Source of the DNA: Perkinsus olseni
Taxonomy: Eukaryota
Assembly: GCA_013115125.1 (NCBI GenBank)
Contig: JABANN010000332.1
Span: 1 to 38,276, forward strand
Direction: 5' to 3'
DNA length: 38,276 bases
The notes under the pieces are model-generated. The model saw nothing but the letters and a program-made list of their open reading frames with translations, was not told where the DNA came from and ran no database searches. A program made the position numbers and the translations under genes. This document shows, one piece after another, positions 1 through 12,440 of this stretch (position 1 is the first letter of the stretch; every line of letters begins with the position of its first letter).

Positions 1-735
1 AACACTAATCATGCGGCCGTACTGAATCGTACCAGCGGCGGCAGTTTCGTCTTCCTACACCCTTAAGTTACTTCGTGCATCAGTGGTGACTGCGGGTATT
101 GTCGCAGGGGCAACGGATGGGCTGTCGTAATCACTGCTTTCTACCGCTTCTGGTCAGTACTCTATCCCGGATGCAGGGCTGTGTGCAGCCTCACTTATGA
201 GCCATCGCTGTTTACCGGCAATGACTTATTGTATGACATGCGAATCCAGAGTCTGCAGGACCTCCCCATACATACTCTGGATCGGTGAGAGATCGTCGAT
301 CCCACCGGAAAATCGTCCGCATGATCTCTTTTGCATCGCGTATGGCGTGGAGGGATGTGAGTGGGACGAGGTGGGTGCCGATGAGGCCGGGTCGCTATTC
401 ATGTTTTTCACGACGAGGAATTTGATATTAACCGCCTCAGAATAGAGTCTCATCTCGTGCGACTACACGCACGGGTTGAGCTACTGCCCTTTTCCTACCA
501 TAATGATAGGAACGATACGATGAAGATCTAAGTTTCTTCCTATGGCCGTGGGGGTGACATTAACCGAGTCGTCACTCGCCGTCCAGCAAGGGTTTGAGGG
601 CATAAGACGTTGCGTGAGCCACATAGAAGCGCATTATAAGTCAGCGTTAGTGAAATGTCGGCCCGGCACGTCCCCGGTTGTTTTTTCCCACCAGGTCCTC
701 GGGAGCCCCAAGTTGGGGCAGTCCTACCGATCGGA

Positions 736-1792
736 TTAAATCGAGAATTGGAATGGCCTGTCTGCGACGACCCTGGTGCTAGTGCGAGGTTGTTCTGCTA
801 CATTCACATGTGGCGCCAATGTTTGAGACACATGACTCCCTTGCTGTCCAAAGACGCAGAGAAAGAGGTGTGGCAGAGGCAACGAGTGGCCTTTAAGAAA
901 GACTGCCTTCTCACAGCAGTTCTCGTCCGAGGACGAAATGAATCGGGGGTACAGGTGGAGTTGCAGCCGGGCCGTGCGAGCACGGGCAATTTTCATTGAC
1001 GAACCGGCCGAAACTGGCGTCGCAATGATGCCATAGGTCACCTGATACACCCGAATGGCACAACATGGTGAAGAACCCTCCTGGCCTCCGGGGGCTATCG
1101 ACTACTGAACAACTCCGCGTTGTTAACCACAAGGAACTACAGGCTAAAATTAGAGTGGACCCGATCTCCCTCGCTGATCGAGCCTCCTATAGCCACATTT
1201 GCTGCGACCGCTGCTCTACTTGTAAACTTCTCACCTCTCAAGCATCTCAAGGCACAGCTTCTCCCAGAACGACCCTAGCGAGTGGGCCCTGCGGACGCCT
1301 AGCGACTACAGAGTCTGTAGTAGGTAGTACAGACGACGGCTCTTACCTTGGGCAACGACCTCGAGAGCTAGGACAACTCACCAACCTCCCCGTCTCAGGC
1401 GAATAGCCTTATACTAGACACGAAGATGGTCTGACGATGGTACGAAGATGGGTACCCTGACTCGGAGTCATACTCCTTGCAAACAGAATACGTTGCTTCC
1501 GACGGTCTCTGTATAGTCGCTGGCTCACATCATCTCGTTCTCGCTGTCGATGTGGTCTCCTGGGTTCAATGCGACGGGCCGCATCATGAATGATACGTTG
1601 CGCTCGACACTGCGGCCTGGACCATTTCTCGACAGATATTCCAGTACAGCCACCAAAAATCGCGTAAAAAGCTATTTGCGTAGTTCTCTGTAGAACACTC
1701 GATGGGATGAGCTCAGAAACGACTTTCTGTGATCCAAAATCGGTATGGCATATCGCAGCTGTTTCATCCTGGAAGGGAGCAGATTTCGTCAC
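736..1792 (-). mobile_element. Probable decayed non-LTR retrotransposon ORF2 C-terminal remnant
   Basis: Broken minus-strand frames read LQRTTQIAFYAIFGGCTGIS (thumb-like), then VYQVTYG and GRFVNENCPCSHGP...IHFVL, resembling the LINE C-terminal CxC..H knuckle. No RT catalytic motif and no splice pattern seen. Confidence 0.3.
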
Positions 1793-2876
1793 GTGAACGG
1801 ATCACAGAATTCGGCAGATCACCTCACTCAGCTCAATCCTTATGCAATGAGGACTTCACAACTGTTTCAAACAGTTGTACAAATTGTAGCGACTCGCTAC
1901 TAGCGAGTGTTGTCTGAGAATAGTTCGGGCGTGCATCTATCGCCATCCTCTCAGAGGATTCCTTTGAACTCCGAGGTGTGGACACACTGCCCATCCTCCT
2001 TTATCCTCGAGCATCCACTCACCCAGGCTCTACATGTACATTGCTACAACTGCCTAAAAAGGTTCAATAGTCACCTAATAGGTGACACCTATTGATTCTC
2101 TCATCATCACCGCTCCCGCCGGCAAGTACGGGGGAGTGTCGGGTTGGGTACGAGATCGGCAAGGGACGGGTGAGTGCTAAGATAATTCGTTGCTCCTCCC
2201 AGTTTATCACAGGAGACTCTCGTGACCAGAGTCTCACAAGCTACGTACCGTAGCCTACGGTCCTCAGTTGATCGGGATTTTGGTATGACCTCTCTTGTGC
2301 CGAGCGCGAAATGCACAGAAGTTAGCGAGTACAATTCTATTGGGCCGTATTGGGAGCGCGTGATCGCGCGAGAGACACCGAAACCTGAGGCCCGGGCTCC
2401 CTGGATAATATCGCTGGCCCTATCGTTTATATCGCTATCGCTTTTCGCTGGCCGAATTAAATGCTCTCACTGAACTTTCGTCGATAGTATTGACATGTAA
2501 CGGTTTCGCCCAGTATCGTGTCGATAACGCTTCCGTTCATTACTTTCTCATGGCCCGCGAGTCTCGGGCCCAAGCCTGAGCGTTCTTTTCGGTGAGGTCA
2601 TGTGAGGGGATGTTACGCCCAGTCTATGTTTACGCGTGCAGAGAAGTCGGGGCAATAGCTCTTTCATAAGATCTATCTCACAAGCTCCATTTGGCCTTGT
2701 GTTACACGTATGAGTAAGAAGGAAACAACAGAGGCTGGTGCAGTTTCAGGACGTATTAGACTGTCTCCTTGCTCGCATCCTGAGCGCCGCCGAACAAAAC
2801 CACCAGGTTGAGTTGTCGGCGACAACTTGCCGCCGTTTGGCCGCTCCGTCTGATTAGAAGGTAGAGGGTCCGCCTT

Positions 2877-3250
2877 CTAATCACGGTTCTCCGCGGCCAC
2901 TGGAATCCAGTGGTGCCGATCTGCGTTTGATGAGTATGTCCTGCTATCGGGTCTACTTGGTGACCAAGTCTTGGTCGTCATGCCGATGCGTGCAGGTTTA
3001 TTGGTACAAGCGTACGCGAGTGCGGCATGTGCTCCACTGTCGAGATGACGCATTGGAACCCGCCTCACCTCTGATCGCCAACATCCTCAACCATGACAGG
3101 TAGGCTGCTTGCGACGTTGCGGTCGGCCACGCACAATCCCACTCCGTTGGCTGCTCCCACTGCCTCGCTTCCGTGTGGATAAGGCGTTGAAGACGAGCGC
3201 CGACAGCTTAAGCTTGGCTGATGTGTGTATGCGTATAACGGACGATTCAT
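2877..3250 (-). CDS. Possible small hypothetical gene (two exon-like ORFs)
   Basis: ORF 3065-3250 ends at a gtgag donor-like site, followed by ORF 2877-3068. No recognisable motif. Confidence 0.2.
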
Positions 3251-3464
3251 TCGCAGGCGAGTTACATTGAGGGATGCGTCTTTGCATCACAGTAGACTTT
3301 GTCGACCGCATCCGTAGTGCTACCTGCCTCAGATCGTACCTGCTCTACCCACATCCTTCGTGCGGGTACTCGGCGTTCGCAGCCTCAGTTTTCGCAATCG
3401 ACACTTGATCGGCTTCCGTTGGCGGACCAGTTTTCTTGCTTCAAGCTTTCTAAGGTAACGAATC

Positions 3465-4661
3465 ATGAGCAAGCTGACCTTGTTCGCGTACTCCCCCTCG
3501 AACAACTGCCTGAGAGTTGAGGTGGCCCTCAAGGAAAAGAAGCTGGAATACGAAAGGATAGAGGTACCTTGGTCTCTAGATGGGACTCGATGATTACTAA
3601 GCTTGCCGTGGTGCTCAGATCGACATATTCAAAGGGCAGCAGAAGACTCCGAAGTTCTTGGCTATGAATCCTCGTGGTACCGTCCCATGCCTGACTCACG
3701 GATCCATTGTTCTACAAGACAGCATGGCGGCCATACAGTATCTTGACATGGCCTTTCCCGACCAAGTACGCCTCCACTCCAACTGCAGATCGCGGCTTGG
3801 GAATGCTTTCATGCTTCTCAAGGTGCCGCTGACGCCCCAAAAGCCCGCTCAAATGGCTTCATGTATTCAATACATCCACGAGTTCGAGCAAAGTTTTAAT
3901 CCCAAGAATGTCGCTTACCAGGTCTTTTTTGGAAATCAGAAGAAAGCGCAGCTGGAAGCGGAGATAGAGGTTGGTATCACGCTGCTGTCACCTACTTATT
4001 TCGGTCGCATCGGACTTATCAGCACAAAATGCTCTACGTTCGGCTGCATTACCTCATCTGGCAGTAGGACGTTGCTGGCGCGTTCAGGCTCTTCTCGAGG
4101 AAGTGGCACTTTGGGACGGTTACCTCAAGAGAAAGGAGTACCTGGTCGGTGATTTCACACTGGCAGACATCGCCGTCTTCCCCCTCGTCTCCCAGTAGGG
4201 ATCCACCGGGCTCGAAACCGGCACATTCCTTGGGTTGCATCCGCTCGTTTGGGTTCTCTCCAGGAACGTTGCCCGTTTGCCTCAGACTACACCTGTGGCT
4301 CGGACTTAACTTGGGGAGTTATCCTAACATTGGAAGATGGTAAGGGTCGAGGTTATTCTCTCACTTCTCGTTTGCGTCCTACACTGAGTACCTTAGTGAC
4401 TAAGGCTTAGTCGACCACTGAGTACCTTGCATACCTCGTAAGTGCACTCGAGAGCCCCTAAAGCTTGTCTTGCAACAGCGAGCACCTGGTCGGATAGTTT
4501 TTCCGGACCAATCCTTATACTCCGGGACGCCCCTTCATTTAAGGTACCATAACATGAAGAGTCGTCCTTCGATCAAGGACCATCCGTACTTCGAATGCGC
4601 CGATAGAGTCGACCAAATATTTGGAACTGTAGCGAAGGAAAGAGCCGTTCTTAAGAAATGA
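3465..4661 (+). CDS. Glutathione S-transferase (cytosolic GST, ~223 aa, 6 exons)
   Basis: Exons 3465-3563, 3619-3765, 3823-3969, 4088-4194, 4286-4339 and 4544-4661 join in frame via GT-AG introns. They give MSKLTLFAYSPSNNCLRVEVALKEKKLEYE..FLAMNPRGTVPCL..LQDSMAAIQYLD..YLVGDFTLADIAVFP..YPNIGRWYHNMKSRPS, with classic GST N- and C-domain motifs. Confidence 0.93.
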
Positions 4662-5121
4662 TGCGGCAGCTTGAGGTCAAATTCATGGTCACTCAATTTG
4701 AGCCAGTATGTATCACATGTATCCTGCACAAGGGTGGTCGTACTCGGCTCAGTGACATGAACTTATCTTGGTGGATGTACAGCGGCTCATAATGAGCCGC
4801 TCATTCATTGATGGTATGCAAACGCAAAAAGTCGTTTTTAAGATGACAAGTTGTGAGTCCCTTTGAGGAAGTTTTTTTGGTATAATCTTTATCTTGAGCG
4901 AAGTTTTGGGTTAGTATGAGACCAGGGAGAACATCCTCTTGTCTATGTGACCATCGCGCCCACCTACGAACAGTTAGAAGCCGCCGCTTCTCGAAGCAAA
5001 CGATCTCTAACCGGCTAACAGGATCAGCCTTACGACATCCCTCGACGCAAGCTAGTCGCACCCTGACTTCTGGCTATATGTGGTCTCGTGATAAGACGCA
5101 CTTCGTGATCAAGTGACTTAA

Positions 5122-8100
5122 ATGACAACTTCCAGCGGCGGCGCTGCGGTATTACACAGGCGGCACAGCTCACCTACGTTGAATGACAAAGATGGGTCGC
5201 CTCGAGCACGACTGGCCAGAAGAGCATCGTTCGCTACCACTGCGGACGCTGCCGGGGCAGCTGTCCGTGCCGCTCATGCATGCGAAGAAGAGCGAGAGTT
5301 CAAGCAGATTCTCAAAGCGCATGATAGGTCACACTGGATAATTGCTGACCGGGGAATTCCGGAACTTCCAGATTCATATTGTTGTCTGACAAGCTAGCCG
5401 GGTTGCTCAAGCGACTTGCACTCGGAGACACCAGTGCACTCCTGGGAGTGGACGTCCATCGCTTGGCCGAGAAGATAGGCTCTGACTTCAGCATAATAGC
5501 GCGAAGTAGGGTTCCCGCGCACTTCCGAGACGGAGAGCTCTCCTCAGATTTGGTCGTAGCACCCAACCCGAACGATCCCAACCTATCTTGGCCGGCTATG
5601 GTCGCGGCCGCTCGAAGGAAGGCCGAGAAGGCCGAACGGTATCGAACGCGCCCCCGCTTCCTCGGGCCAACTCTTCGTGACCTTGCATTGCCCATGTGCC
5701 TCATAGGAGATTTAAGGAGTGCCAACTCGCTTACTTGAAAGAGATATCTCATTTACGAGACCTCAATAAGCTCGAAGATGCCCAGGGGTGTACGGATGTC
5801 TTGCAGGATGTCAGCTTCTATGACCCCATCTCGTGAGTGAGGACGCCGCTGCATTCGGACGTGGTGCAGTTACTACCGACCAGAGTGATGGTCTCAGTTA
5901 CCTCGACACCGACACTCGTCAACTAGTCGAGAAGATAATCGAGGAAGGTTTCAAGTCGAAAGTACGCCTGGGTGGGCCATCTTGTTCATCGGCCAGGCGT
6001 GGCGAGAGGAGATTTCTATCATAAGGTTCGGGAGCTCGCTAGGAAGCTTCTCGGACAACGCCGATCAAGCATGAGCGCCGCTTCCATTGAACCCACCGAG
6101 GAGCTAGGGGAGGCAAGCTCGACACAAGTAGGTGAGCTATCTGTCAACGTCCTCCAGAGGGGCCATGCTGGATGAACCGGCACTGGGTTCGATTGTGCAC
6201 GATGCGATTGTGAACCAGAAGTTCTGGACTAGAACTTCTGGCTACTCAGAATCATCATACCGAAGGTGCCTCGGTGAAGAGACCGAGTGACGGCAAGGGT
6301 AGACGGCGCAAGAGAGCTAAGGATCCGACATTGTTCTGCTCAGATTTACCGTGCGAGGACTGCCTGAGCTGCCGCGCGAGGGTGCGCGAGTTGGAACTAG
6401 AGCTAGCCAGGATGGAGAGGACGCATCGCCAGAAAGCCGTTGAAATGATCAAGGTGTGCTCCAGTCACTACTTCTGAGAGCATGTCATGGATCTCCAGGA
6501 ATTTGACGATGAACGGAAGCTACTGCAGCAGGATCGGCATGCTCGAAACGAAACTCAAGTCACCGCCGGTATGCAGGTGAGAAGAGAGATGCCGTCGCTC
6601 GTGTGAGAGCAGCATTGCTAACCATGTTTGCTCTTCCGTCACGGCCAGGCATCCGATATCGCTAACAGTCCAAGCCCAGGAGAGTGCTACTCTACTACTA
6701 CTCACACGGATCCAGCGGCTGGCTGGCTCTCGGTCTTCGGGAATGATCCCCGAGCCACCTTCTACAACACAACGACATACTCGAGCTCAGAGCAATTGCG
6801 TCGGACACTACAGGAATCGTAAGGGGCTAGGTGGTGCAGTTCGTCCGAGATTTCAGCTTTTCGCTAGTTACGCAGAACTGGCGGATCTGATGCAAACTAA
6901 ACTCAGCCTTACTACCAGCGAGAAGGATCAAGCCTTCATAGAGCGGGACGCGATGCAACAGAATAAGGAAGAGTGATGGTCCGGCTATCGTGGGCCAGCT
7001 CTCAATGAGAGCCTCTCATAGTCGCACGTACTCACGAGCTGCCTTGCCTGAGTGGTGCTGATCTCAGGGCCGAAGGCCTGCTTTCGACGTTAGAGCAGGA
7101 GGTCATTGCACTTGAGGCTGCTTTGAGAAGAGAAAAGCGGAAAAGAGATAAATGCGAGAAGCTGCTGGCCGAGCAAGCTACACTCTACTCCGCTTCGAAT
7201 AGAGCTCGACAGAATCCAGCTGGTGAACCCTGCGGTCTGCGAGAGATGGTTGAAATTCTGCCTCTCTTAAACGGGTAGGTGCGTGGCCTTCGAGTATGGC
7301 CGCCACAGCGAGAGATCCCTCGGCGCCCGCTCATCGTGTGAGATTCGGACCCGATGGCCCTGAAGTATTCAAGACTCTGAGTGAGGTGAGGTAACTCTAA
7401 GGAGAGTGCTCGGCTACTCAGATTGTTTCAGAACCTCCGCGATGAACGAGAGGAAAACGAGCGAATTTGTGACCAGAACGGTGAGTTGAAGGAGGAGAAC
7501 AGGAAACTGAGGCTCACGCTTAACGAAATGCAGGTGAGAATGTCTCACTCCCCTAAAGGGAGTCCCCTTCCATGTCTCCTTCCCGTGGCACTGGCCGGCT
7601 TTTCGGGGGTACTTGGATTCGCTCGGATGAGGATTTGTTGCAAAGGTTCGACTACAGAGGGTCCGAACAACTGCATCGCGGAGCCGCGTCGCCAGGGATC
7701 TCAACGAGATCATCAAACGTATACACTGGATGCATTCTGCGCATTGTGAAATCTTCGATTCGCACTCCAGTGCTGTCAGGTTCTGGCCTGGAGGACTTCG
7801 TCAGCGAAGAAGGGCTCCCTCGGCATAACGTATTCTCTCGGTTGTACGACGATGCAGTGAATAGAGTGCGAAAGCTGGAAGCCTTGTCCAAGAAAATCAT
7901 CCAGGAGGAGGCCAGGCTTCTCAACCGCGTAGCGTGCGCGGTCCCCCATACGAAGGATCTCGCCCCTCCATAGCCCATTGTTGGTTGTTACTAACAACCA
8001 ACAATGGGCTACGGAGTAAAACACCTAACAACTTGTTAGGTGTTCACGGTGCATATGCCGGGAAAGCTGCATCGTCCAAAGCCCGCCGCAGTCTCGAACG

Positions 8101-8479
8101 ACAAGTAACTGCGTCATTGTGGCTCCGCCGGAGCCGCTCCGGCCATCACGTCGTCGCTTTCAGGCTCTTGCATAACAGCGATGGCGAGAATGTCATTGAA
8201 GAAGCCGTAGCGACCCTTGATCAGGAGCCTCTCACGTAGAACTGTGCGGCCGGGACCGTCCTGCTAAAGCTTCGCTTCAGCATCACTGCACCCATCTTGG
8301 CACGCTCCACTGCAGACGACGTCTTCGAATCCACGCCGGTAACCGTCGTTCATATTGAGGCAAAAGGCAGCGTGATGATTCTGTTTTTGCAGGTACAGAA
8401 GCATAAGTTCTTATTCGTGTGTGAAGACCCCGATCCACCAGCTTATCAAATGCAAGGAATATCGGGGAGAAGGCCTTGA
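5122..8479 (+). CDS. Multi-exon hypothetical protein with coiled-coil segments
   Basis: Chain of exon-like ORFs bounded by GT/AG: MTTSSGGAAVLHRRHSSP.., CRARVRELELELARMERTHRQKAVEMIK, LRDEREENERICDQNGELKEENRKLRLTLNEMQ, VFSRLYDDAVNRVRKLEAL. Last exon ends ..GISGRRP*. Could be more than one gene. Confidence 0.65.
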
Positions 8480-10444
8480 TATATTTTTCTCGTCCCGTCT
8501 TTTTAGTCAACTTGACTAAGTCAAGCCATACGTATGCGCTGAATGGATTTGATGTCGCGCAAATTGCTCGAGCTTCGACTCATGTCCGAATAATGACTCA
8601 CATAGTCTCCAGTCACCGGCAACTTGGGGGCGGGATGGGCTAGCCCTCCCTTAGGTTCCAATATCGTCGGGCCGCGGCCGTGTATCCCATGCCTCCGTTG
8701 GTGGGAACAACAACTCGACGGCGTAAAGGTGGCGTTCAAGGGAACCTTGCTCGTAGACACTCTAGCCTTGTTTCTCGGATTATGAAGAGGCGAAAGGTCC
8801 CACTCTCTCGCACCACCCAGGGATATAATCCGGGCATGCGCGTGTTGAGCAAGCCGATCACATCGCGGCAGCCTGCGTGAGCGTTGAACTTCAGTTCTGC
8901 CGTGTCGCGTTCGGAGGGATCCCTGGAGCCCGGGTCTCGAAAGACCGATTTCCTCAAGGTGCTCGCTATAGATGGGCGAGACTAACACATTCCCCACTGG
9001 AGCGATGCCAACACGACACAGTGTAATTATACATGGGAAAACCTTGCGCATACGCTGGGAGCGTGGGGGAAGTCTATAGTCGATTGATTGCTGAATAGTC
9101 TCAGTCGGACGCGCGGACCTGGAATTGGCATACGAGGCTAGCAGAGACAGCCGATACAACCGCCATGGCGCGAGCCGTGGGCACAATGTCGAGAGATGGT
9201 GGAGGTGTGGTAGGAGCACAACCGCACAGGGAGCCTATAGAGGCCAGGGCGCGTGGGCGGGTGCGAAAAACAAATAATGGTGCCAATTTTTCGGCACCTG
9301 GTACCTTACAGCGGTTCGATCATCTGTAGCCACTTATTGACTCTATCTCTTTTCCCTACTGATGGCCGCCTGATCCGGGTATTGAGGTTCGAGTTGAATT
9401 CAATCGAAGCTTCTGATTTAAAATTGCTGCTTCCGATATCGAGAGAGTACCGATGTTGAATACGGAGCGTTCGGAGGTTCTCGGGCGCGCTTTCTGAACA
9501 AGATCGCTGGCGAAACCTGCCGGGGTGCGCATGAAGAAGCTTCGGATGTGGCCGAAAGAATTTTTCAGAAAACACACTATTTTTCCGCTATTTTTCCTAT
9601 TTTTCAACAGAAAATTACCAGAAAGAAAAATAATCTATTTTTCCACGTTTATGCCACTGGTGGCACGGTTTTGTAGGACATGGACAGCATTACTGCATCC
9701 AGAATCAGCCAGGATGAGGCGTGCCCGTACCGCCAACTTTAGCAGGAACATACTAGAATTCGGCCCGGGTAACGAGTCGGGCAAGATCAGGGGGCTGAGA
9801 CTCTTGACTCAAGAGTCTTGAGGAAAGCGGTATGCGAACGAAATAGCGACCTGAACAAGTTCCTGTCCAAAGTAGTGCCTGACTGGGACTAGGGGGATCC
9901 AGCTCAAGCCACTTGGGCAGGAGTAGCTCACACTGAGACGAGCCCGGAATGTTCAGACTCAGCGCTTTCATAAGCGCGAGGCTAGCAACCATACTGACTC
10001 AGTCAGGACATGTTGCGTAGCGCTTAGGCGCAGAAGCCTCACTAACAAAACAGAACGAAACCATTGCATCGACAATCCATCGGACAACAAGTATTCGATA
10101 GAAGATTTTTTATAACTCGTACTGTACATGGTACAACCGACACGTCTCTTAGCACCGAGGGCACCAGCTGTTATGCTCGTTCTACACAATAGTGGTTCAG
10201 AACCACTATCGATTGAGAATCTCAGAACGGTCTTCTTAATATCAAATCCTGAGGCTTCTCTGGGAGTCGCCAGCTACTCCGATCTGGTCAATCATTGACC
10301 GTCAATGCAGCGGTGCTGCTTCCGGGTCCTTTGCTGATCTTGCTGGTTGCCTTTCCGACCAGCGTAGAGAGCGTTTAGATTGACCCTGACAGCTTTCTGA
10401 TGTCTATAATGTTTTTTTCGCAGAAATTATGAAACGACCTTCTC

Positions 10445-11010
10445 CACACATGCCACACCTGGGGTTCGAACCCGCGACCTCCGCGAGCCTCCACCACTGC
10501 AGCCGGTGGATGAAAAACGCCTAGGCGGAAGATACTGGATGAAATAGAACTGGGTGGAATGGCAATTTGGGTTTTCAAGCGGTATTCGATGGATGAAATG
10601 AGCCGGATGGAACTGCACTGAATAGTATGGTCGTGGGTGAGATAAGAATGGGGAGTTGATGAGTAGCAGATGAACTGACCAGACCACTTCAGTGGTCAGG
10701 AGTTAGATCGAGGAAGCGCAAGTCAAACCGACTGAGCTATGCTCCGCGAAATGATTTCGCGGAGCATAGCGGCGTAAGTCCCCCTCTCTGAGAGGGGGAC
10801 TTACGCCGTCGAGCCATCCTCGGTCACACTCGTGGAGTGGATGTATGAGTGATGGCAGACCCGGCCCCAGTTTCGATCTGACCATTACTGGCCAGTGACC
10901 CCCAAGCCACGATCAGGCACTGGGACCAATGGGGGTGTAGAATGGAGAGCAGCAGGATTCGAACCCGGGAGCTATCAGCGGAGCGATTCGCGACTCTGAT
11001 ACCACTTTTC
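10445..11010 (-). other. Cluster of tRNA-like fragments (SINE-like or degenerate), not intact tRNAs
   Basis: Minus strand has GGCTGCAGTGGT..GGGTTCGAACCC (~10460-10505), GATCGAAAC (~10870-10878) and GGGTTCGAATCC..GCTCTCCA (~10943-10968). No complete cloverleaf could be folded. Confidence 0.4.
10736..10808. repeat. Two abutting perfect palindromes (17-bp and 19-bp arms, 1-nt centres)
   Basis: gctatgctccgcgaaat-g-atttcgcggagcatagc (10736-10770) and cggcgtaagtccccctctc-t-gagagggggacttacgccg (10770-10808). Confidence 0.95.
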
Positions 11011-11054
11011 ACGTTAGGATGCTCTATAAAGTACCTCGGGAGGTACTTTAGTAA

Positions 11055-11284
11055 CGCGTCCTTAAAAACACGTCCTAACGCTAGGAAATGTATCTTGTGA
11101 AATAGCTTCGACCTAACCACCCATCCCAACGTCCTTATCGAAGATTTCCTAACTTGAAAAGTCCTAGTGTCCTAACGTCCTACCCCAACGTAAGGAAATG
11201 GGCCTTGTGAAAGAGCTTAAGCCCGAAATCGCGTCCTAACCTCTTAGGATCCTAAGAAAAAACGTCCTATTAAATAGGCCCCTG
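11055..11284. mobile_element. Probable end of a non-autonomous DNA transposon with subterminal repeats
   Basis: Repeated cgtcct(a/t)a motifs and a degenerate direct repeat (aggaaatg..cttgtgaaa.agctt at ~11083 and ~11193). The end AAATAGGCCCCTG reads CAGGGGCCTATTT on the minus strand, which is TIR-like. Partner end and target-site duplication not established. Confidence 0.4.
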
Positions 11285-11772
11285 GACTTTTGATGCGATT
11301 ATCTGCTGTTGTGACAGCGGACGCGTTGCTATCCTCACATAAGTTACTTATACTGCAGCCATTGTCTTCGCGGTAATCCCTCAATATTTCCAATCCGTTC
11401 TACTTCTAACTCCTGCGACTGATCATCCCTTCCGTCGTTTCATCTACCATATGTACTATCAATGATAGTAGTACTATCGCTAGAGTATAACTTTGATTAT
11501 CCTATCACTGGTCCAGCTGCTCATCCCCTACGCAACTGTATCATCAGTAGAAGGCTTTGCATCAGATCCGCGAGTGCTACGTTATTGGGTCATCATGGTA
11601 ATGTATTTTTACTCGTATTCGGCGATTGCCGAGCCGGGAGTGTTGCAACATTTGTCTAAACTTGAAACCTTGGAATGCTTGTAACGCTAGCCGCACGCAT
11701 GAACATGTTGAGAGTGTGAAGAAGAACTCTCAGTGTTGCCTTCATATGATTCGGGCGTCTCTCGGACTGTAC

Positions 11773-11831
11773 CTGTGAGAAACTACTGAGACGGAAGACT
11801 ATGTACGATGGCTTGCGTTCACTATAAGGGG
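11773..11831 (+). repeat. Dispersed repeat, copy 1 (core)
   Basis: ctgtgagaaactactgagacggaagactatgtacgatggcttgcgttcactataagggg matches 22372-22430 at 54/59 nt. Weaker similarity extends on both sides. Confidence 0.9.
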
Positions 11832-12440
11832 CACAGTAGCCAGATGGTAGTCAACAACTCTCACGGTGAACTTGTCCCGTTGACGCATGCCATCCGGTGC
11901 CCAATTCTTCTACATTTTTATCTAAGACGTAATGAAGCGCAGTCTCGTAGATTGATGCGGGACTTCAATCTGAGCGCGAGACCTTCTATTACCTTAGTGA
12001 TCGACAGAATCGCTGAACCTCCTTCGCAAGACCGTCTGAGGCGGCCCGCCTCTATGTGCCTGCCCTCGCGTGCGTATGTCCCATGCCAGGGAGTCCGTGA
12101 GACGAACCGTGCAGCACAGTACCAGTCTTACCGCACTTCGGTTACCGCTGATTTCCCTTCTTACCCTCATTCTCCGTGAGCTTCCTCGCTCCATTTCTAG
12201 AAAACTATCTCGAGTCGATTCTCTTCGTCGAGTTGACCTCAGTGAGGTCATAGCGAACCTTGAGGTCCACGAGTCTCCAAAAATAGGCTCTAGGTGCTCA
12301 GAGTCTCTGAATTGGAGAGCCCAAATTGCCCCGCCTAACGTAAAAAGCCAGCCGGGTTCATGCGGGGCCTCTAGTGATACGTCTAATATCGCACGGAAGC
12401 ATCTGGGATGAGTATCTCTTAGTAGAGCATCCAGGTACAA

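Noticed and set aside
2248-2262. accgtagcc resembling the start of the perkinsid/dinoflagellate spliced leader
   Set aside because: Only 9 nt match, and it is explained as the palindrome accgtag-c-ctacggt; no spliced-leader RNA gene seen.
8521-9219. 232-aa minus-strand ORF
   Set aside because: No motif, atypical composition and no splice pattern; may be a decayed insertion but cannot be supported as a gene.
9227-11284. CAGGGAGCCTAT and ATAGGCCCCTG as paired terminal inverted repeats of one 2-kb element
   Set aside because: The match is short and needs a gap, and the flanks show no target-site duplication.
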